A DNA stretch of 64,000 nucleotides. Origin: Octopus sinensis. Taxonomy: Eukaryota. Positions 62,008-64,000 of the stretch are shown here, piece by piece. Under the pieces are notes generated by a model. It had not been told where the DNA came from. It did no database searches and saw nothing but the letters and a program-made list of their open reading frames with translations. The stretch is from NCBI RefSeq assembly GCF_006345805.1, contig NC_043000.1, forward strand, positions 20,832,001-20,896,000, written 5' to 3'. The translations under genes and the position numbers were made by a program. Position 1 is the stretch's first letter, and each line of letters starts with the position of its first letter.

Positions 62008-62965
62008 TACTTATAATATTAAATTAAACTTCAAATTTCCACACTAAGGCACAGAGTATATGCCCTATGGTCGTAACTTCAACCATGTTCTTTCTGTTGT
62101 GAGTTTGCTACCCAGGTATCGGTTATCTTTCGAATTATCCGTAATAAGATAATTCATTTATCTACTTAAAATATATATATATAGTGGTGGGGGTATGAGG
62201 GAATGTACGTGGATATGCCTATATTTACGTGTCTAGGTACAACATTAAAATTGCATTCAGTGGTGAGGCTCCAGTTGAAGTTGTGGAGAGCGTTGAGTCA
62301 TCCCTTGGGTACCATTACTCCCAGGTTCATTCTAACCCAGAATTGTAGTACTAGTTAGGGTCCCATCCATGGGTTAAATAGATTTCCCAGGGGTAGAGGA
62401 GACTCTGATTTTTTAACAAATTCATGGGAAGAGGAAGCTCTTCTAGGAGAAAGACACTCTGACATAAAACTTCCCATCAAAATAGTACCAGTCATCTTAC
62501 AATGCTTGTCACTGGAACCTCCTGTAGCAAATGAGAGAATGGCAAAAGTATTGTATAAGCTTTTGTCACTTAAATCCACAGATGTACATATGTCAATTAT
62601 CATTTGATTTGTTTTGTCTATACGTATAAATTTGATATGGGCAATTCTTTCTTGTCTTGGGATTCACGGTCAAACGGTGGAATTGTACGAAAAATTACAC
62701 AGGTGTGTAGAATGATCTGATGGTGTTGCTGGGCTTTGTATTTTTTCATAGCTCCCATGGTTTTATCTTCTATATTTTACTTATTTCAGTCATTAGACTG
62801 TGGCCATGTTGGGGCACCACCCAGAAGAAGTTTTACTTGAGCGATTTGATCCCTAGTACTTATTTTTTAAGCCCGGTACTTATTCTCTCAGGCTCTTTTG
62901 CTGAACCACCTAATTACAGGGACATAAGCACACCAACATCAGTTACCAGGTGGTGGTGGTGGCAG

Positions 62966-62998
<33 letters not shown>

Positions 62999-64000
62999 TA
63001 TGTACATACATACATACATACATACATACATACATACATACATAGAGATTTTTAAATAAACTGAATAATGACATACATACATACATATGATGGGCTGAAA
63101 TTGAGTGCATGAAAACAGTGCAAGGGGCAATTGGACAGACTGCACTTGTAACACAAAAGCCCAAACTTATAATATACATTGTCATTCTCAGGCCTTATTT
63201 CAAAAATATTCCATTTACTTGTATTCTATAACATACCTTTTTGTTACTCTGGGTATAACTTGAATATAACAATTCAATCAATATTATTGTAAACTATAAT
63301 ACTATCGTTGATTGTTGATAGAGCGGCTAACTGGCTTCTGTGCTAGTGGCATATACAAGGCACCATTCACGTGTGATCGTTACCAGCGTCGCCTTACTGG
63401 CACTTGTGCCCCATGCTAGTAGGGTGTTAAGAGCACCATCCGAGCGTGATCATTGCCAGAGCGTCTAACTGGCTTCCATGCTGGTGGCACGTAAAAGGCA
63501 CCATTCGAGCGTGATCATTAGCAGTGTCACCTTACTGGCACGTGAAAAAACATTTGAGCAAGGTCGTTGCCAGTACTTGACTGGCCCCCATGCCAGTGGT
63601 ATGTAAAAGCAGCCACTACACTCTTGGAGTGGTTGGTGTTAGGAAGGGCATCCAGCTGTAGAAACTCTGCCAGATCAAGATTGGAGTTCAGTTTTCATCT
63701 ACCAAATTCACTCACAAAGGACTAGACTATGGTAAAAGGCACTTGCCCAAGGTGCCATACGGAGGGACTAAACCCAGAATTTTGTGGTTAGGAATCAAAT
63801 TCCTCACCACACTGCCATGCCTGCATCACCCATGTGAAAAACTATAAAAATTTGTTACATAATCTCTTTCTTACTCCACAGTTTATCTTTCTTAATCCTC
63901 AGCTAATCCTGCTCACCTACTTTAGGTCAACATGTTATCATTATTAATGAATGAAATATGTTGGGTTAACTTAAATAACATGAGTTAAATATATTGAATT

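Noticed and set aside
62355-62603. 82-aa minus-strand ORF next to the hammerhead element, considered as a Penelope ORF
   Set aside because: No RT or GIY-YIG motifs; its 3' part overlaps what looks like an unrelated degenerate repeat.
63841-63960. Pyrimidine tracts with AG as a possible next reelin exon
   Set aside because: No frame gives the expected ...LP..A....TRFRWWQ continuation; stops occur early.

Overview
AT-rich, microsatellite- and transposon-dense animal genomic DNA; the repeat landscape suggests a coleoid cephalopod such as Octopus (inference, not verified). The whole window lies inside one large + strand gene encoding a reelin-like protein. I assembled 17 internal coding exons by hand (7847-60247, 3007 nt, about 1000 aa). 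All 16 junctions are phase-compatible, and one uses a GC donor at 12153. The exons give about three reelin repeats (partial A-EGF-B, A-EGF-B, A-EGF-partial B); neither the start nor the stop codon is in the window. The introns are filled with tRNA-derived SINEs, about 25 5'-truncated RTE-LINE 3' ends carrying a tandem-repeat 3'UTR, TTAA-flanked MITEs, hAT elements with 8-bp TSDs, a non-autonomous Helitron, and CR1, RTE and Penelope RT relics. The most striking signal not in the ORF track is four separate inverted-repeat elements, each containing a type I hammerhead-ribozyme-like motif. Three have the Penelope-type palindromic helix III and an unusually long helix II of 55-67 nt. Two copies keep both conserved core boxes (61874-61959 +, 56955-57041 -), while their inverted partners carry point mutations in catalytic-core nucleotides. 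Repeat boundaries are read by eye and approximate unless a TSD or TIR is quoted.
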